Shown here: one piece after another, positions 14,933 through 27,786 of the stretch | Position numbering within the stretch: position 1 is the first letter of the stretch | Layout of the letters: the number at the start of each line of letters is the position of its first letter | Assembly (NCBI RefSeq): GCF_964204645.1 | Contig: NC_134031.1 | Span: 16,851,807-16,915,806, forward strand | Direction: 5' to 3' | Source: Tubulanus polymorphus | Taxonomy: Eukaryota; Animalia; Nemertea | DNA: 64,000 bases | Notes under the pieces: generated by a model | Database searches by the model: none | Seen by the model: the letters and a program-made list of their open reading frames with translations, nothing else | What the model was told of the DNA's origin: nothing | Position numbers and translations under genes: made by a program

Positions 14933-17900
14933 ATGGGTGCGACTAAAGATGCCGACGCCAAAGACGACGGGCCAACTGAGGAAACCGGCCTCGTTAAAAA
15001 AGAATACAAGGGTATGTAGAAACGAAGTTTTGAAGTTTTAAATCGAGTTTCGTATGTCGGGTGACGCAAGTTAGACTCCTGCTTCGAGACACTGATTTCC
15101 TGCCTACTTTAACCACCGTTTTCATGAATAAGTTTTAACTATCCGTTGTTGCTGCGTTCTGTATTCTGGAACCCGATCGCATTGAGACTCGAGACCACAG
15201 CACGAAACCCTGCCTCACTAGCCCGAGTGCGCAGCTCCCATGCGCTGCTGAGATGATGTCATCATTAGCCAATCAGATATTCCATTTTATTTTCGCCCAG
15301 GTTTTTCAACTTAAGAGTTTTTCCGTAAAATTTGCCTCAGCGATTACACAATGAGCAATCTGATTGGCGCCGCAAGCAAACCTGTGCATGTACCTGCGCA
15401 CCCGGTCTAATGTGGCAGTGTTTCCTGCCGTGGCTGAGTCTAGTGACGCGATCAGGTTCCTCCTGAGAGAGGATGGGTTTCTGGTAGAACTTTTTCATGA
15501 CCCGTTAGCGGAACGTGGTCCCCACCGTTAGGTGATGGATATCATAACTTGGTTCTTCGTTTCACAGTTGTTTGTTGGTTCACGTTTGGCCCTACGGTTA
15601 ACGGTTGACTCCACTTTCCACGGAGCGGATTGCCTCGGTTTATCGCATTCCCATCGGACGAAATATTCAAATTTTCCTTCTCAAATTCATGTGGTATGAA
15701 ATATGAAAATCCATCTTTACACCATCTAGGCATAATGTATTGGTCCCAAGTGATCCGAGGCAAGCTTCTACTGTATTTGAAAAAACAAATTAAGAAATTC
15801 AAATTTTATGCCAATTCGAACCTAACTGGCAACTGAGGAACATGGGTCCAACTGAATGGGTTTTCTATTGGATTGACTTGTAGTAATACTGCACATTTTT
15901 GGTGGTTGGTTTCAATCGGTTTGACGATAACATCAATAACGTTTGTGTTCGATTTAATGAGAATAGCTTTTGATAGCTGTATTGGTTTAGCAATTAGAAT
16001 TGCTTATACCCGGAAAATAACGTCAACGATGCCTGATAGCACTGATTCATCGATAACAGCAATGAGCGGTTTTGTTTGTGTCAACGCGGAAGGTCGTTTA
16101 ATTCAGAATGGAATGAATGTACACGGTAGTAGTTGTCATGGTGAGATGTACACACCATCAACAAAACCGCGCTCCTACCCATGTACTCGATAAACCTAGA
16201 AAGGCAGCTGTTGACATTGAAGTCGTTTTCGTGATTCGTTTATGAGCATACTTACTTAACCACGGAAATAATTATGATATCTATACGATATATTTATGAT
16301 ATCTATATTGCCTAATTGATATATAAGTTACATATTTCTGGTTCACAGAAGAAGCGGAAAACCCAAAAAGCAATTGCCTCAGAAAAATGGCTTCCTTATT
16401 GATCTTTCATGTCACGTTTTTGATCGAAGTATATCATTTTTTCAAGTAGTAAGATCAGACACGCCTTAATTTCATGATTCAAAATGGTTGCTGACTTTAT
16501 GAGTAGTTCTGTTTATTATAGCAACCCGTGAAATGGTTGTTGATTATTTAGTTCTGTTTCTGTTGTTGACTATTTCTAGTTCTGTTTATGTGAAAGAAAG
16601 ACTTAAGTCTGCAATCTGCTAAACGCAAACATTTTGTAGTGTCTTCGTTTAAAGGGGATTCCTATTTCGCATTCCTGATATCTTCGCTGATATAATCTAG
16701 TCTGAACATAATGTGTTTGTTTTCCTGTTCTAGCGTATTTCCTGAATTGTAATTGCTTTCGTATAGGAGAATATAAAAACGTTCTATGGGTATAATTCAT
16801 TTTCCAAGAATGTAGAAATGGTCTCTATATCGTTTAGTGTTATATCGGTTGACTATATATGATGGTGCCTTTTCCTTCACTTTAGTGGTTATTTGAAATA
16901 CACAGCAACAAGCGACTATTAATGCATGCGCCTTTCATAAACACTATCGCGTCTTGGGTCAATTTTTTATGTGCATGAATTATTTACTATCAAGTTAGTA
17001 GTCAAATGCATATAAACTTATGGGACAAACATTCTGAATCGCTTTTGTTTATGTCCTGTAAGTTTATATGCTACGTTACTTCTGTTTTCTGGTTATCGGA
17101 AACAGCTAAAACGTTGTGGTTTCATTTTAATAAATTACTTTGTATAAAAATTCGAATTGTGGAACTTCTTCGATTAACTACCAAGTAATTTTGGTCTGGT
17201 GCCGGTTTCAATTACCAGTTTGTCAGTTAACCAGCCTACATGTACATGTACATGTAAATAACCATGTTACGCATTTATGTACGCGGCATTGCAATGGCAG
17301 GAATATCGATTAACTTCGGTACTTGTCAATTTTCCAGTTCAAGTCCCATCCATTAGCGGCATTCGCGAAGAAAATGTCGTTGAAGTGTCGATAATTCATT
17401 CAGCGATTAACACGTTGAAAAACCATATGCAAAATAAAACAGTTGTATCATAAAATTATTTTGATCAGAAATTTTTATCCGAAGTGAAAACTGCGAAAAC
17501 TCTTTATTTATGTATGTGCGTATATCTTTCAGGCGAACCTTTCAAGTATGACCCGACGTTCAAAGGGCCGATAAAAAACCGGTAAGGAATGAGTGAGCGA
17601 GCCGAATCAAAAACTAGTAACAACCAAGTGTCGCACCGTACACATGCATGACGAGCGGATTCGAGATTTGTTTAGGGACGCTCGATTTGATAAATGTCGA
17701 TTGATTTTTGGGAATGTTGATAAATCCCACAGCCCGCCGTGTCTTAAGTCAATCATTATGTAAAAATTGGCTGATATGTGTAGGTCTGTATGTTCAAATA
17801 TTTACTCGTTGATAAAATTCGGTGCGGTATTATTAAGCCAACGCTGTGATATTGAAATAAGGCTCGGGGTTTAATCAGCTATAGAGATATTCATTTGTTC

Positions 17901-20900
17901 AATTTCTTATCTGTTGACAAAAAATATAACTGCTTATCGAAAATGTACTAAAAAGATCAACTTTTAGATTCGAATTCTTCGATGAGATGATTGATGACTA
18001 TCCTGTACTTTAAATGAAACATTTAATTTGTCCGTTTTATATTTTGACTCCATGCTTGCGTATTAGTTATCGTATGTCTACAGACCAATATTAATTGATT
18101 AATCAATTTGATTAAAATTTAATTACAGATCATGTACGGATGTTATATGTCTGCTAGTGTTCCTTGCATTTCTCACCGGACTGGCCGCAATTGCTGGCAT
18201 TGGTACTTTATCATTAAAAAAAGCAAATCTATTATGTTTTCATCCTCTTTTTATATGCTTCATTCTCTCAAAGCCTCTCAAAGCAGTGTTATGTTCATCC
18301 TAGTGTACATCCTCCCCTGGCAGGAATTCGAACCTGATGGCATTGAGACTTGCCACCACCGTACGAAACCCTGCCACACTAGCCTCACTATTAGACAATC
18401 AGATATCCTGTTTTATTTTAGCCCGGGTTTTTCCATTTATAGTTTTTCCTTGAAATCTGCCTCAGCGATTATACAACGGGCAATCTGATTGGTACTGCAA
18501 GTTTTTTTGCGGTAAATCTGTGCATATACCTGCGCACCCGGTCTAGTGTGGTCAGAGTTTCGTGTCATGTCGTGGCTGAGTCTAACGATGCCATCAGGTT
18601 CAAATCGTTCCTGGGGACAAATTACCCATTTAACACATTAATACCCATTGAACAGTTTCTGAAAAATGAAAGTCCACTCCACATATGTTCACATTGAACT
18701 CTGTATTTGTCTATAGTCTAGACACAAGTGATGCTTGAGTTCAACATAAAAATCGTATGAAATCGATTTTTTCCATTTCAACATAGGCTGAACATGTCGT
18801 TACATAACATGTATTATATGCCTGTACCGGTACTATGTACGTATATGCTTCAACAGGAGACTCACTAACCTGTCGACTAAACCAGTAGTTACTGCATACT
18901 GATAAACTTTTTTGGGTTGCCAATTTCTCGACGAGCTAACACTGCTTTGAAAACTGCTCTCTGAAAAAAGCCGATCTTATCATCTTTATATCGATGAATA
19001 AATCTCACTTTAGAATACGTCCTCCCAAGGTTCACGGTCGGTTGATCAAAGTTGCATCCATTTTGTCACAGAGTCATTATCCGCTTACTTACGTTAAAAC
19101 TATCGCACCGATTCGAAATTTGCGTCCCACGAGACCAAAACTACATTGCAATGTTGTTTCCGTGATGGACTACACTTGTGATTTATGAATTAGACTCGTT
19201 TCAGTCCACCATCATAAGTTGTAGTTAATGTTCCCTTAGCTCAAATATGTATTACTTGCATGCAATTCCCCTCCCCCAGAATTTTTAGTAGCTGGTTTGC
19301 CGTGTCAGTATTTTGGTGTTTTGTGGTAAATCAACACAATACGTAGAAAGATGTATTTTGTTTAGTTTTTGTGGTGGGAACACATAGTGGGTATCAGAGT
19401 ATTGCACGCATTATTCGACCGGTCAGTACCAGGTTGACACCAGTCGATACCGGTCATTTCCAGTAGACTCCCGATAGTCAAAGCATTATTTATACATCTT
19501 TTCTTTATCCTCTTTTGCTTTTAGATCATGCACAGATATTATTTGCTGCCTTTTATTTTTTGTGTTCATTTTGGGTTTGGTAGCAGTAGCATTCCTCGGT
19601 AAGTTTGGCTGCAATCAGTGACTGGCCTAATGCTGTTGTAGCCACCACCACGACCACCAATTTGAACAACTCCATATTTGGTAATTTGTAGCCACGATCA
19701 CATGAGGGTTTTTACCCGGGCCTACCATTTACACTGGCGCCCAAAGGGTCTGTACCTGTTTGACATGGGCCTCATCTCGCCCGACCCAAAACACCGGCCA
19801 TTTTAACCCCATTCAAATCGTTTCCATGTGATAACGGCTTTCATAAAACATAAAAATAGTAAAGCTTTGCAGAAAACAGTAAGATATTTTCCTTAATTAG
19901 TCGCATGTTAAATGTCGTGGCGTTGAAATAAATTCATCGATTTATCATTTTCAAAAATTGGATGATTAAGAATTCATTGTTTCGCTTTCAGCATTCAGCA
20001 GGGGAGACCCAAAAATGTTACTGTACCCGACTGACTCTGAGGGCAATATTTGTGGTACTGGCAAGTTTACGTGAGTTTCGTACTAAATTTCAGCTTCGAT
20101 ACTGTATAAACCTCTTGCGGTTTCTTCAATGTCTGTTACGGTTTTCTTGAATTTCAGAGATCGGCCGAATTTGTTTTTCTTCGATTTATTGGCTTGTGCC
20201 CGTATGGGTCCGGCGGTCGCGATCAACGGATGTCCTACACCTCAGGTAACGCCGCGATAACACAAGTGTTTTTGACCTGGGTTGTATTTGGTCCATACCA
20301 GGTGTTAAATGAGCCTGTGCCTGTTTAACACAGGGTAAACAACGTCAGACCAGGCCCAGGTCACATTATTCCATATGAACGCTAAGTGGCTTGACTTGCT
20401 TGCCATAGTATCATTTTGATAGTATATTTCTATAACGAGTGTTGAGTGATTTGTACATGAATGCACTCATTGGGCATGGGCATGGCATAACTCGCATCTA
20501 ATCCCGGCTAGTTTAACGCGGGCAAAATCGCCTCCCTAATTTAAATTTCGATTTATTCATCATAAATCCAAAATATAAGATTGTGAATGAAGAAAAACAA
20601 CAATAACAACTAACAGACAAAAAACAAAAAAGATGTGCAATAAAAGAAAAATTATAAAAGGAGAGAGAGAAGTAATACAATGTCTAACATATACATACAA
20701 TATTATTTAAGTGATATTTACAAGCCCATAATATATAAATTTCGCTATGATCGTGGCTTATGGCACGATCATCGATAAACTGCCGAACACCGGGCCATTA
20801 ATTCTGATGTGATTTCTCATTTTCCGTCTTTTCTAGGTGTGCGTGAAATCGTGCCCTACGAATTATTGGACCTTTATACAAGACGAGGTGACAAACAATC

Positions 20901-23900
20901 GAAACAATTTAATCTGTTTGTACGACGTGGATCCGAAATCGGCGCAATATTCGTCGAAGGTAAGCGATTGCTGAATGCAATCATCGGCGAATCAACCGAT
21001 ACAAAATATGAATACGACGGGAAATGCATGGATTTGAAAGAGATTTACCAGATGACAGCGAAATAGAGTATGAAACTCAAGAAGTTATTATGACAATGCT
21101 CTAGGGTTGTTTATCATAAAAATTTGCGTTGTTATTCACACTGTTCTGTTTTTTCTATATTTCATACAGTCTTTGACACAGCTGGTTCAAGATAAATTGT
21201 GCGCTGGATATACTGTTAAAAGTGTACCAAGTACGTAAATCAATATCAATTATTATTCAAAAATTTTTAATTTCGAATTTCAAAAATTCTAGTATCATTT
21301 CGCTTAAAAATATTGTAACTCAACTGTGGAACTCCGGCTATAACCTATGTATCATTCGTGAGTGTTCTCTGTTTCAGTGGTTGGTCGATGTGTGCCGGCG
21401 ATATTTACCACTTTGCTGAACAAAACGCAAAAACTCGTCAGCCAGGTCGGCAACCAAAACTTTACCCTGACCGGTCCTAATAATGAAACTATCACTGGTA
21501 GTGAGCTCGAACAAGGATCAAAGTGAGCATTTCTCGATGAAACAAATATAAGCGTTGTAAGTGTATCAGTTTATAATTTGAGTTTGATGTTCTTTTAGGT
21601 ATCTGGCGATAATGATGAGCGCTATGGATGTAGCTCAGTCAGTGTTAGCTGATCTTGAAGCTTCCTGGTGGATGCTTATAGTGTAGGTTCTAACTCTAAC
21701 GAATTCGACCCTATCTGTCATTATCAGTGTATTAGCTGAATTGATACAGATATTTGATATTCTTCTCATATTCTTTTTTACAGTGGACTCGTCATATCTG
21801 CAATAATTGCTTTAATTTGGATTCTGATTATGAGGTGGATCGCTGGAGTCATGGTTTGGTTGTCGCTTATCTTGTTCATCGCGCTTTTCGCGTTCGGTAA
21901 GTTCATTGCAAACTTTTATATCTATATAAAGTTTTCTTTCGCTGATCCTGGGTGAGTTATTGTTCTTTTCACCAACAGGAACGTATTATGGTTTCAAGGA
22001 ATATGTTCGACTGAAGGACTCTGTCGGTTCGCAGGGAGCCCTCGAGTTTAAATTGAATCTATCGTACTATGCGGCGCGACAAGAAACCTGGTTAGCTATT
22101 GGTTAGTCTTCTGGCTCCAGTTCCACAGTTGTGAGTTACAATTAACTCCGTAATCAAATCTGAACTCACAACTGAGGAACTGGATCCAGTACTTTTAACT
22201 GGATTAGCTTGGATTTGATAATGATTTCGATAACGATCGTTAATTATTTCGCTTTTTCGTTTTTCAGGAATCATCTGTGCTGTGATTTTGGGAATCGTTT
22301 TGTTGATTCTTTTGATTTTACGCAACCGTATTCGAATTGCTATTTCTATTATTAAGGAAACGAGCAAGTGAGTAGAAAAATATCGCACACACATATCATC
22401 TGTAATCTCTCTGAAATACAACAGCTGGTTTTAAAGATTGGTATTACCTTTAACCTGGGGCTAATTCAATTCACTTTCTATTGAGTGAGCCCCTGGGTTA
22501 AAGGTAATACCAGTCTGTAAAACCGGTTCTAGTATAATACCACCAATTCCTGGTCGAAAAATAACTCCAAACCCCTGAAATCAAGTTTTAATGTCCTCTT
22601 TCTATATCCAACTTCAAATAATTATCTCTTACTTGGTTTTCACTTTTTACACATCAGCGGCACATGATGGTCATTATCTGAAATACCTATTTGTATTATG
22701 ATTTTATCCTTTGGTAGGCTTTTTGTACATATTCGCGCATACTTTGTACGAAGTGCTTGACAACCCTATTTTAGTTTACTTGATGTAACACCCTTGAGTA
22801 GTTGCGGAGCTTACAGTCGTTCATTATTTATTTGATATTTCTGTTCAGAGTAATTTCATATCCCTATCCAGACAGGTGAGAGATCCGTATATTCATGAAA
22901 TGTCTAGTTTCTTTCGTTAAAATCTTTTTTGGATGTTTATGCTTTAAAACAGATACCATGTATACATGTCCGACAGAAAGAACATCGTTTGTCCGACCAC
23001 ACTGATAAACTTCTAGGAGTCTCATTTTGAGGCTTTTCCACCATGTTTGTCTTTGTACGATGTATGTGTACATTTCAAATACAACGTGTTCGATCATTTT
23101 CGCATGTTTATTTCTACATGTTATGAATGGTTAGCTTTGATCGATATTATATATGGAAGCATGAATTTTCAACTTAATTCAATGACTAAATTTTCCTAAA
23201 CCACAGAAATCTTACTGGCATAAGATGTTGTTCATGACAGTCAACTTCCTGATAGATTCAAGATGGGAACAGTTTTGTTTCCAACAAAATGATCACTTGT
23301 TTACCCACCTTTAAAAAAATGTTTAAAACAGATGTTGCATACTGCAGAACTATAGAAATATGTAGCCTTTGTTCTTCTGAAATAAATTCAAGTACCGGTA
23401 CACATGAAACTAAACCTTTAGCAATGTTGCTTTCATTGGTGTGTCACCTAGCATGTTGAGAAACAAAATCTGAATTAGAAGCAGCGATTAGATTTAAACA
23501 TATTGCATGTAAATGAAATATTTGGTTTTATGTGGTAAATGTATGAACATATGGTTTTAGAAATAAAAGCAAATTCTCTTGATGAATCCTAGTTTAGAAA
23601 TTAAGTACTTAACATAGGAAGCCATTTACAAACTTTTTCTGTTCTTATTTGTCTATTACGATAATTTCAGAGCTGTTGGTAACATGATGTTCACTTTATT
23701 GTGGCCGTTGTTCCCATTTGTCCTTCAACTCGGAGTTTTTGGCTTGTGGGGAGCGATAACGATATTCTTGGCGTCGTCTGGTAAAGCTCAATCTAAAGCA
23801 AACGTCACGACTACTAATTCATCAGGAAATCCTGTATTCGACTTGATCGATTGTTCCACACTAGTATGTATCGGGTTTAGACACGGATGTCTGATGACTA

Positions 23901-26900
23901 TTTTCCAGTTTGTCGGTAGTCTAAAGAAAATGTGCTTTTACTTACATTTTAGCCAGCAAATTCATCGCAGCTGAAGTTTTGTCATTTTGTGAAATACGGC
24001 GGAAATGAGTATGTTGAAATCTGTTCAATTAAATTTTCTTAAAAAAAACCTACCAGTAACTAACTAATTTGGCTTGACTAATTTTTCCATTTGTAAATGA
24101 TGTTGTGATTCTAGTCCTGACTCAAGACAGTAAAAAATATTTACACATCTCTGCCTGCCAAAAATAATGTGTGGATATATTTAAACAGAATCAGAATAAG
24201 ATTTTGACACATATATGAAAAATGCTATGCCTATGTAACCGGCTGGTTGTTGTATCGGCAGGCTGGCTGGGGAACTAGCATTTACACCAGCGGTACAGGA
24301 TTCCATCCATCAGGAACAACAAGGCATTTACACCTTATATGTACAATCTTTATTGCATCCTGGAATGAGAATGATTATCATAACTTTACATAGTCTTTAT
24401 ATACAGAATCATGAGTATAATGTGAGAACTAGGTGATCAGAATCTTTCAATTTGTCTGATTCTTGATTTCGGAAATCTTTCAGGCTACACCTTACCGTAT
24501 AAGGCAGAGTCTACTAAGTACCCGCATTGATACATGGCCTCAAATCATTCAGTCATGATTATATCGTTATACTTGGTATCGAACTGTATTTTAGGTACAC
24601 GATTTATCTACAAATCTACAATCTGTTCATGTTGTTCTGGTTGATGAATTTCGTCGTCGCATTAGGTCAGATGACTTTAGCCGGAGCATTCGCCTCGTAT
24701 TACTGGGCATTCTCGAAACCAGCCGATATCCCCGCGTTCCCTCTCTCCGCATCATTTTGGAGATGTATTCGGTAGGACGGATAAAATATCACAGATCTAA
24801 AGTACCAGATAATTCTAATGATTCGTTCCACGTTGAAAACTTTTCTTAACCGTTTATAGATACCATCTCGGCTCTATTGCGTTTGGTTCATTGATTATCG
24901 CAATTATTCAATTGATACGTGCAATGCTTGAATACCTTGATCATAAGCTGAAAGGCTCGGAAAATCCAGTCGCAAAGTTTTTCTTGAAGTAAGTGTACAA
25001 TTTTGACATTTTTTTTATCGCAGTCGCGATAAAAGTTCTTTTAAATTAACGTGCCATATTTGATTTTAGGTGTTTGAAATGTTTCTTCTGGTGTCTTGAG
25101 AAGTTCATGAAATTCCTCAATAAGAATGCGTACATCTTGGTAAGTCAAGTTGAACGAAAAAATGAAAAAAATAAAAGTTGGTTGTCAAGAATGAAAAAAA
25201 CCACATTTTATTCACATTTTTCATATGCAATAATCTTCCTACTTCAGATTGCGGTATATGGTAAAAACTTTTGTACGTCAGCAAAGAATGCATTCTTTTT
25301 GATTTTGAGGAATATTGTAAGGTTTGTGTTGCTGACGGTTGTTTCTATAAAGAATGTAATTATGCGATACAAAGTATTTATTTGAGCATTTTGTCCTACA
25401 TTTAATTTTGTGTCAATTTTCAGGGTTGTGGTTATTGACAAAGTGACCGATTTTGTCATATTCATCGCGAAGCTAGTAGTGGTCGGAGCTACAAGTAAGT
25501 TAAACACGAACCTAGAAGTCTGAATTTTTATGATTTAATCCTAAATTCTTAAAGATTATCAACATTGTAAAAATCTTAAGTTTTTCAGTGGTTTTTCTAG
25601 AATCGCACAAACGGCCCTATTCTGTTGTTTTCACACAGTGTCAGCATTCAGAAATGTATATTTTATCGAGCACAAAGTTCACCACTAGTCGTGTTTATAT
25701 TATTTTCTCACGTACAGCTTGTTTGTTTATGCTGTTGCAAGGGACATTAAAAAAATATGAGTTTGTCTCGTCGGTAATTGATAATCTAAAAAATCCTGCG
25801 GGCATTATCGTTGTAAGTAATAGCATTGTTGTCGGCACCTGATCCTCATTTAGACGAGTCTTGTGATGTAGATAATCCCGATTTTATTATACCCAAAAGT
25901 TTTGGAGCATGGTTTGTTGGTTGCATGGTGTGAATAATTGATTAGAATCGACTCTTGCTTCGCAGATAATGCACTCACAAAATTTGCGCATCCGATCTTA
26001 TAGAAAGCAGTATTAGTGGACACAAAATGAATTCTAGAAAATTCAGTGTTGTCATAGATGAGAAATGCTTCGGTTATATGTATGAAAATATATTTATCCT
26101 GCTTATGCTATGTGTGAACAATCCCCCAGAATCTGTGAAAATTATTCAAATTCGCATGCGTTGATTTATCTATGTATTTTGCATGTGTTTTCAGCTGTAG
26201 CTGCGTTTTTCTTCTTCGACGGGCGAATTCCGTTTATCAGTAATTATTCGCCTAACCTACAGTACAACCTAGTCCCAGTTATCGTAAGTACAACCTATGC
26301 TTCGCGCAGAGCCAGTTCCGCACAGTTACGAATACAAATTCCTCCTCAAAGTTGAATAATGAAAATGAACTATCGGTGATTATAACCTCCCCAGTTTTCC
26401 CCATTGCTGTGGAATTGGATCTAGATTGTAAATTGAATTTAAACATTGATGCTTTACGCTTGAAAAGCCACAAGACCAAAACATTCTGTGTGACCTTATT
26501 TCATCCTTCCTTATTTGTTGGTTCTTAATCGGTACCTCAAACTCAACTTGTAGAAAGCTGTGGTTAGTAGTGGGTCAGTGAGCTAATATTTTACTAAATT
26601 TCCTCATGATGTAATAATATCTTGGAATCGTTTAAGCTATTTACATATCATTCTTCCAAGGTAATATGAACCAGTTGGTACTGAGTAGGAAATCATTTTA
26701 GCATTTTAGTGTTCGAATAATATGTTTGGATTTTCTAGGTAATCGCTATTGGATCATACATTATAGCCGCCTGCTTCTTCAGTGTTTATAACATGGGAGT
26801 GGATACTTTATTCTTATGTTTCCGTAAGTACTACGATACTACAGTAGAACCAGCTTAATTTGGCTCATTTGGGAAAAACCAAATTCATCCCGTTTGATAT

Positions 26901-27293
26901 ACGGGATCCAGTTCATAGTTCTGAGTTTAATTTGTCTCTTTGAGTTAGAACATCGAAAATGAACTGATTTCAACTCAAGAGTTAACTCTAACTCACAACT
27001 GTGGAACCGGAACCTGACATAAGATCAACATCCAGTTTAAACCTGTTCAAATTGAGTTGGTTTCACTACATTATTATTTTCATGGAAATTGATTTGAATT
27101 GAAAACAGGAACTTTTATTCGGAGTGACAGTTTAATGGTATGGGTTTTTTCCATAATTTCAGTGGAAGATTTGGAGCGACATGACGGCTCGCCCGAGAAA
27201 CCGTACTACATGTCGAAGGAGCTGATGAGAATTCTCGGCAAGAAAAACAAGAAACCGAAAGCGACTGAAAAAGAGGCGGAGAAAGATGGCTAA
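14933..27293 (+). CDS. SLC44A2: Choline transporter-like protein (CTL2/CTL4 type; co-ortholog of SLC44A2/4/5), multi-exon
   Basis: Phase-consistent GT-AG exons: 14933-15011, 17533-17581, 19525-19598 (or 18129-18202), 19992-20070, 20158-20245, 20837-20959, 21170-21230, 21378-21522, 21599-21682, 21784-21896, 21979-22101, 22268-22367, 23671-23863, 23953-24008, 24595-24771, 24860-24988, 25070-25139, 25248-25321, 25424-25494, 26195-26283 (or 25718-25812), 26739-26823, 27163-27293. Family motifs: [94 protein letters not shown]. The exact vertebrate paralog cannot be assigned. Confidence 0.95.
15168..15460. mobile_element. ~290-bp long-TIR element, copy 1
   Basis: GGAACCCGATCGC...GCGATCAGGTTCC with extended internal symmetry. 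Homologous to 18330-18601. Confidence 0.7.
16029..16140 (+). CDS. Candidate alternative first coding exon of CTL gene (MPDSTDSS...HGSSCHG)
   Basis: Open frame ending CATG|gtgaga, phase 1. A further in-frame ATG lies at 15957. Confidence 0.5.
18129..18202 (+). CDS. CTL alternative (mutually exclusive) TM1 exon A
   Basis: cag|74 nt|gtactt encoding (R)[24 protein letters not shown](A). Same length and phases as its homologue 19525-19598. Confidence 0.85.
18330..18601. mobile_element. ~270-bp long-TIR element, copy 2
   Basis: GAACCTGATGGCATTGAGACT...AGTCTAACGATGCCATCAGGTTC. Confidence 0.7.
22113..22187. mobile_element. Harbinger-like MITE in CTL intron
   Basis: GGCTCCAGTTCCACAGTTGTGAGTT ... 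AACTCACAACTGAGGAACTGGATCC. Confidence 0.65.
22425..22527. mobile_element. Foldback MITE in CTL intron
   Basis: GGTTTTAAAGATTGGTATTACCTTTAACC ... GGTTAAAGGTAATACCAGTCTGTAAAACC inverted arms. Confidence 0.65.
22849..22875 (+). CDS. Candidate 27-nt in-frame microexon of CTL gene
   Basis: tttgatatttctgttcag|AGTAATTTCATATCCCTATCCAGACAG|gtgaga. Phase 2/2, adds VISYPYPDR. Confidence 0.55.
25718..25812 (+). CDS. CTL alternative (mutually exclusive) exon for the late TM/loop segment
   Basis: ttttctcacgtacag|95 nt|gtaagt, open, phase 1 to 0 like 26195-26283. Encodes (T)[31 protein letters not shown]. Confidence 0.7.
26842..27068. mobile_element. Tc1/pogo-like MITE with nested Harbinger-like MITE
   Basis: taCAGTAGAACCAGCTTAATTTG ... 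CAAATTGAGTTGGTTTCACT, interrupted by 26903-27014. Relatives at 13823-13932, ~28911-29020, ~44800-44956. Confidence 0.55.
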
Positions 27294-27545
27294 ATGATAT
27301 AAACCTCGATATAAGCATGAAATGACTATAAACTAGATAGAAGGACACCAACTGAACACTGTTGAATAGCTGTACTTAGAGTTCACTGTGTGTCTTTCTG
27401 TGATTTAAACCGGGGACTGTTTACCCGACTGTAGTATATATTAGTGTTCACTTACGAAGTACCCGATGATACATGAAGAATATCTCCGCTGTGCTTTGTC
27501 CAAGAAAAGCAATCTTCTAGAATTCACTTGGGTTCATGATAATAT

Positions 27546-27786
27546 CAGGGGCGGATTTAGGGGGTGGTTTCCGGGTCAGGACCCCTGCTTTCCCACTGAG
27601 GTTGCCCTTTTTGGCAAGACAAGGATAATTAAAAACTGCAAATTTGACACTCATCCTTTCAGAAATTGCATATTTTCAGATGTATTTCCTCATGAAATAT
27701 CTACGACCGAGGGGAGTCCCCGCTAGTTTTCTATGACTTTTTTTTTCTGGACCCCGGAATTTCCAATATTCCTAGATCCGCCCCTG
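27546..27786. mobile_element. CAGGGGCGGAT-ended TIR element (hAT-like MITE) in CTL 3' UTR
   Basis: CAGGGGCGGATTTAGG ... CCTAGATCCGCCCCTG, with AATAT on both flanks. Relatives at 12289-12623 and 36869-37062. Confidence 0.7.

Noticed and set aside
16349-16448. Cassette exon candidate in CTL intron 1
   Set aside because: The available donors give the wrong phase or a stop.
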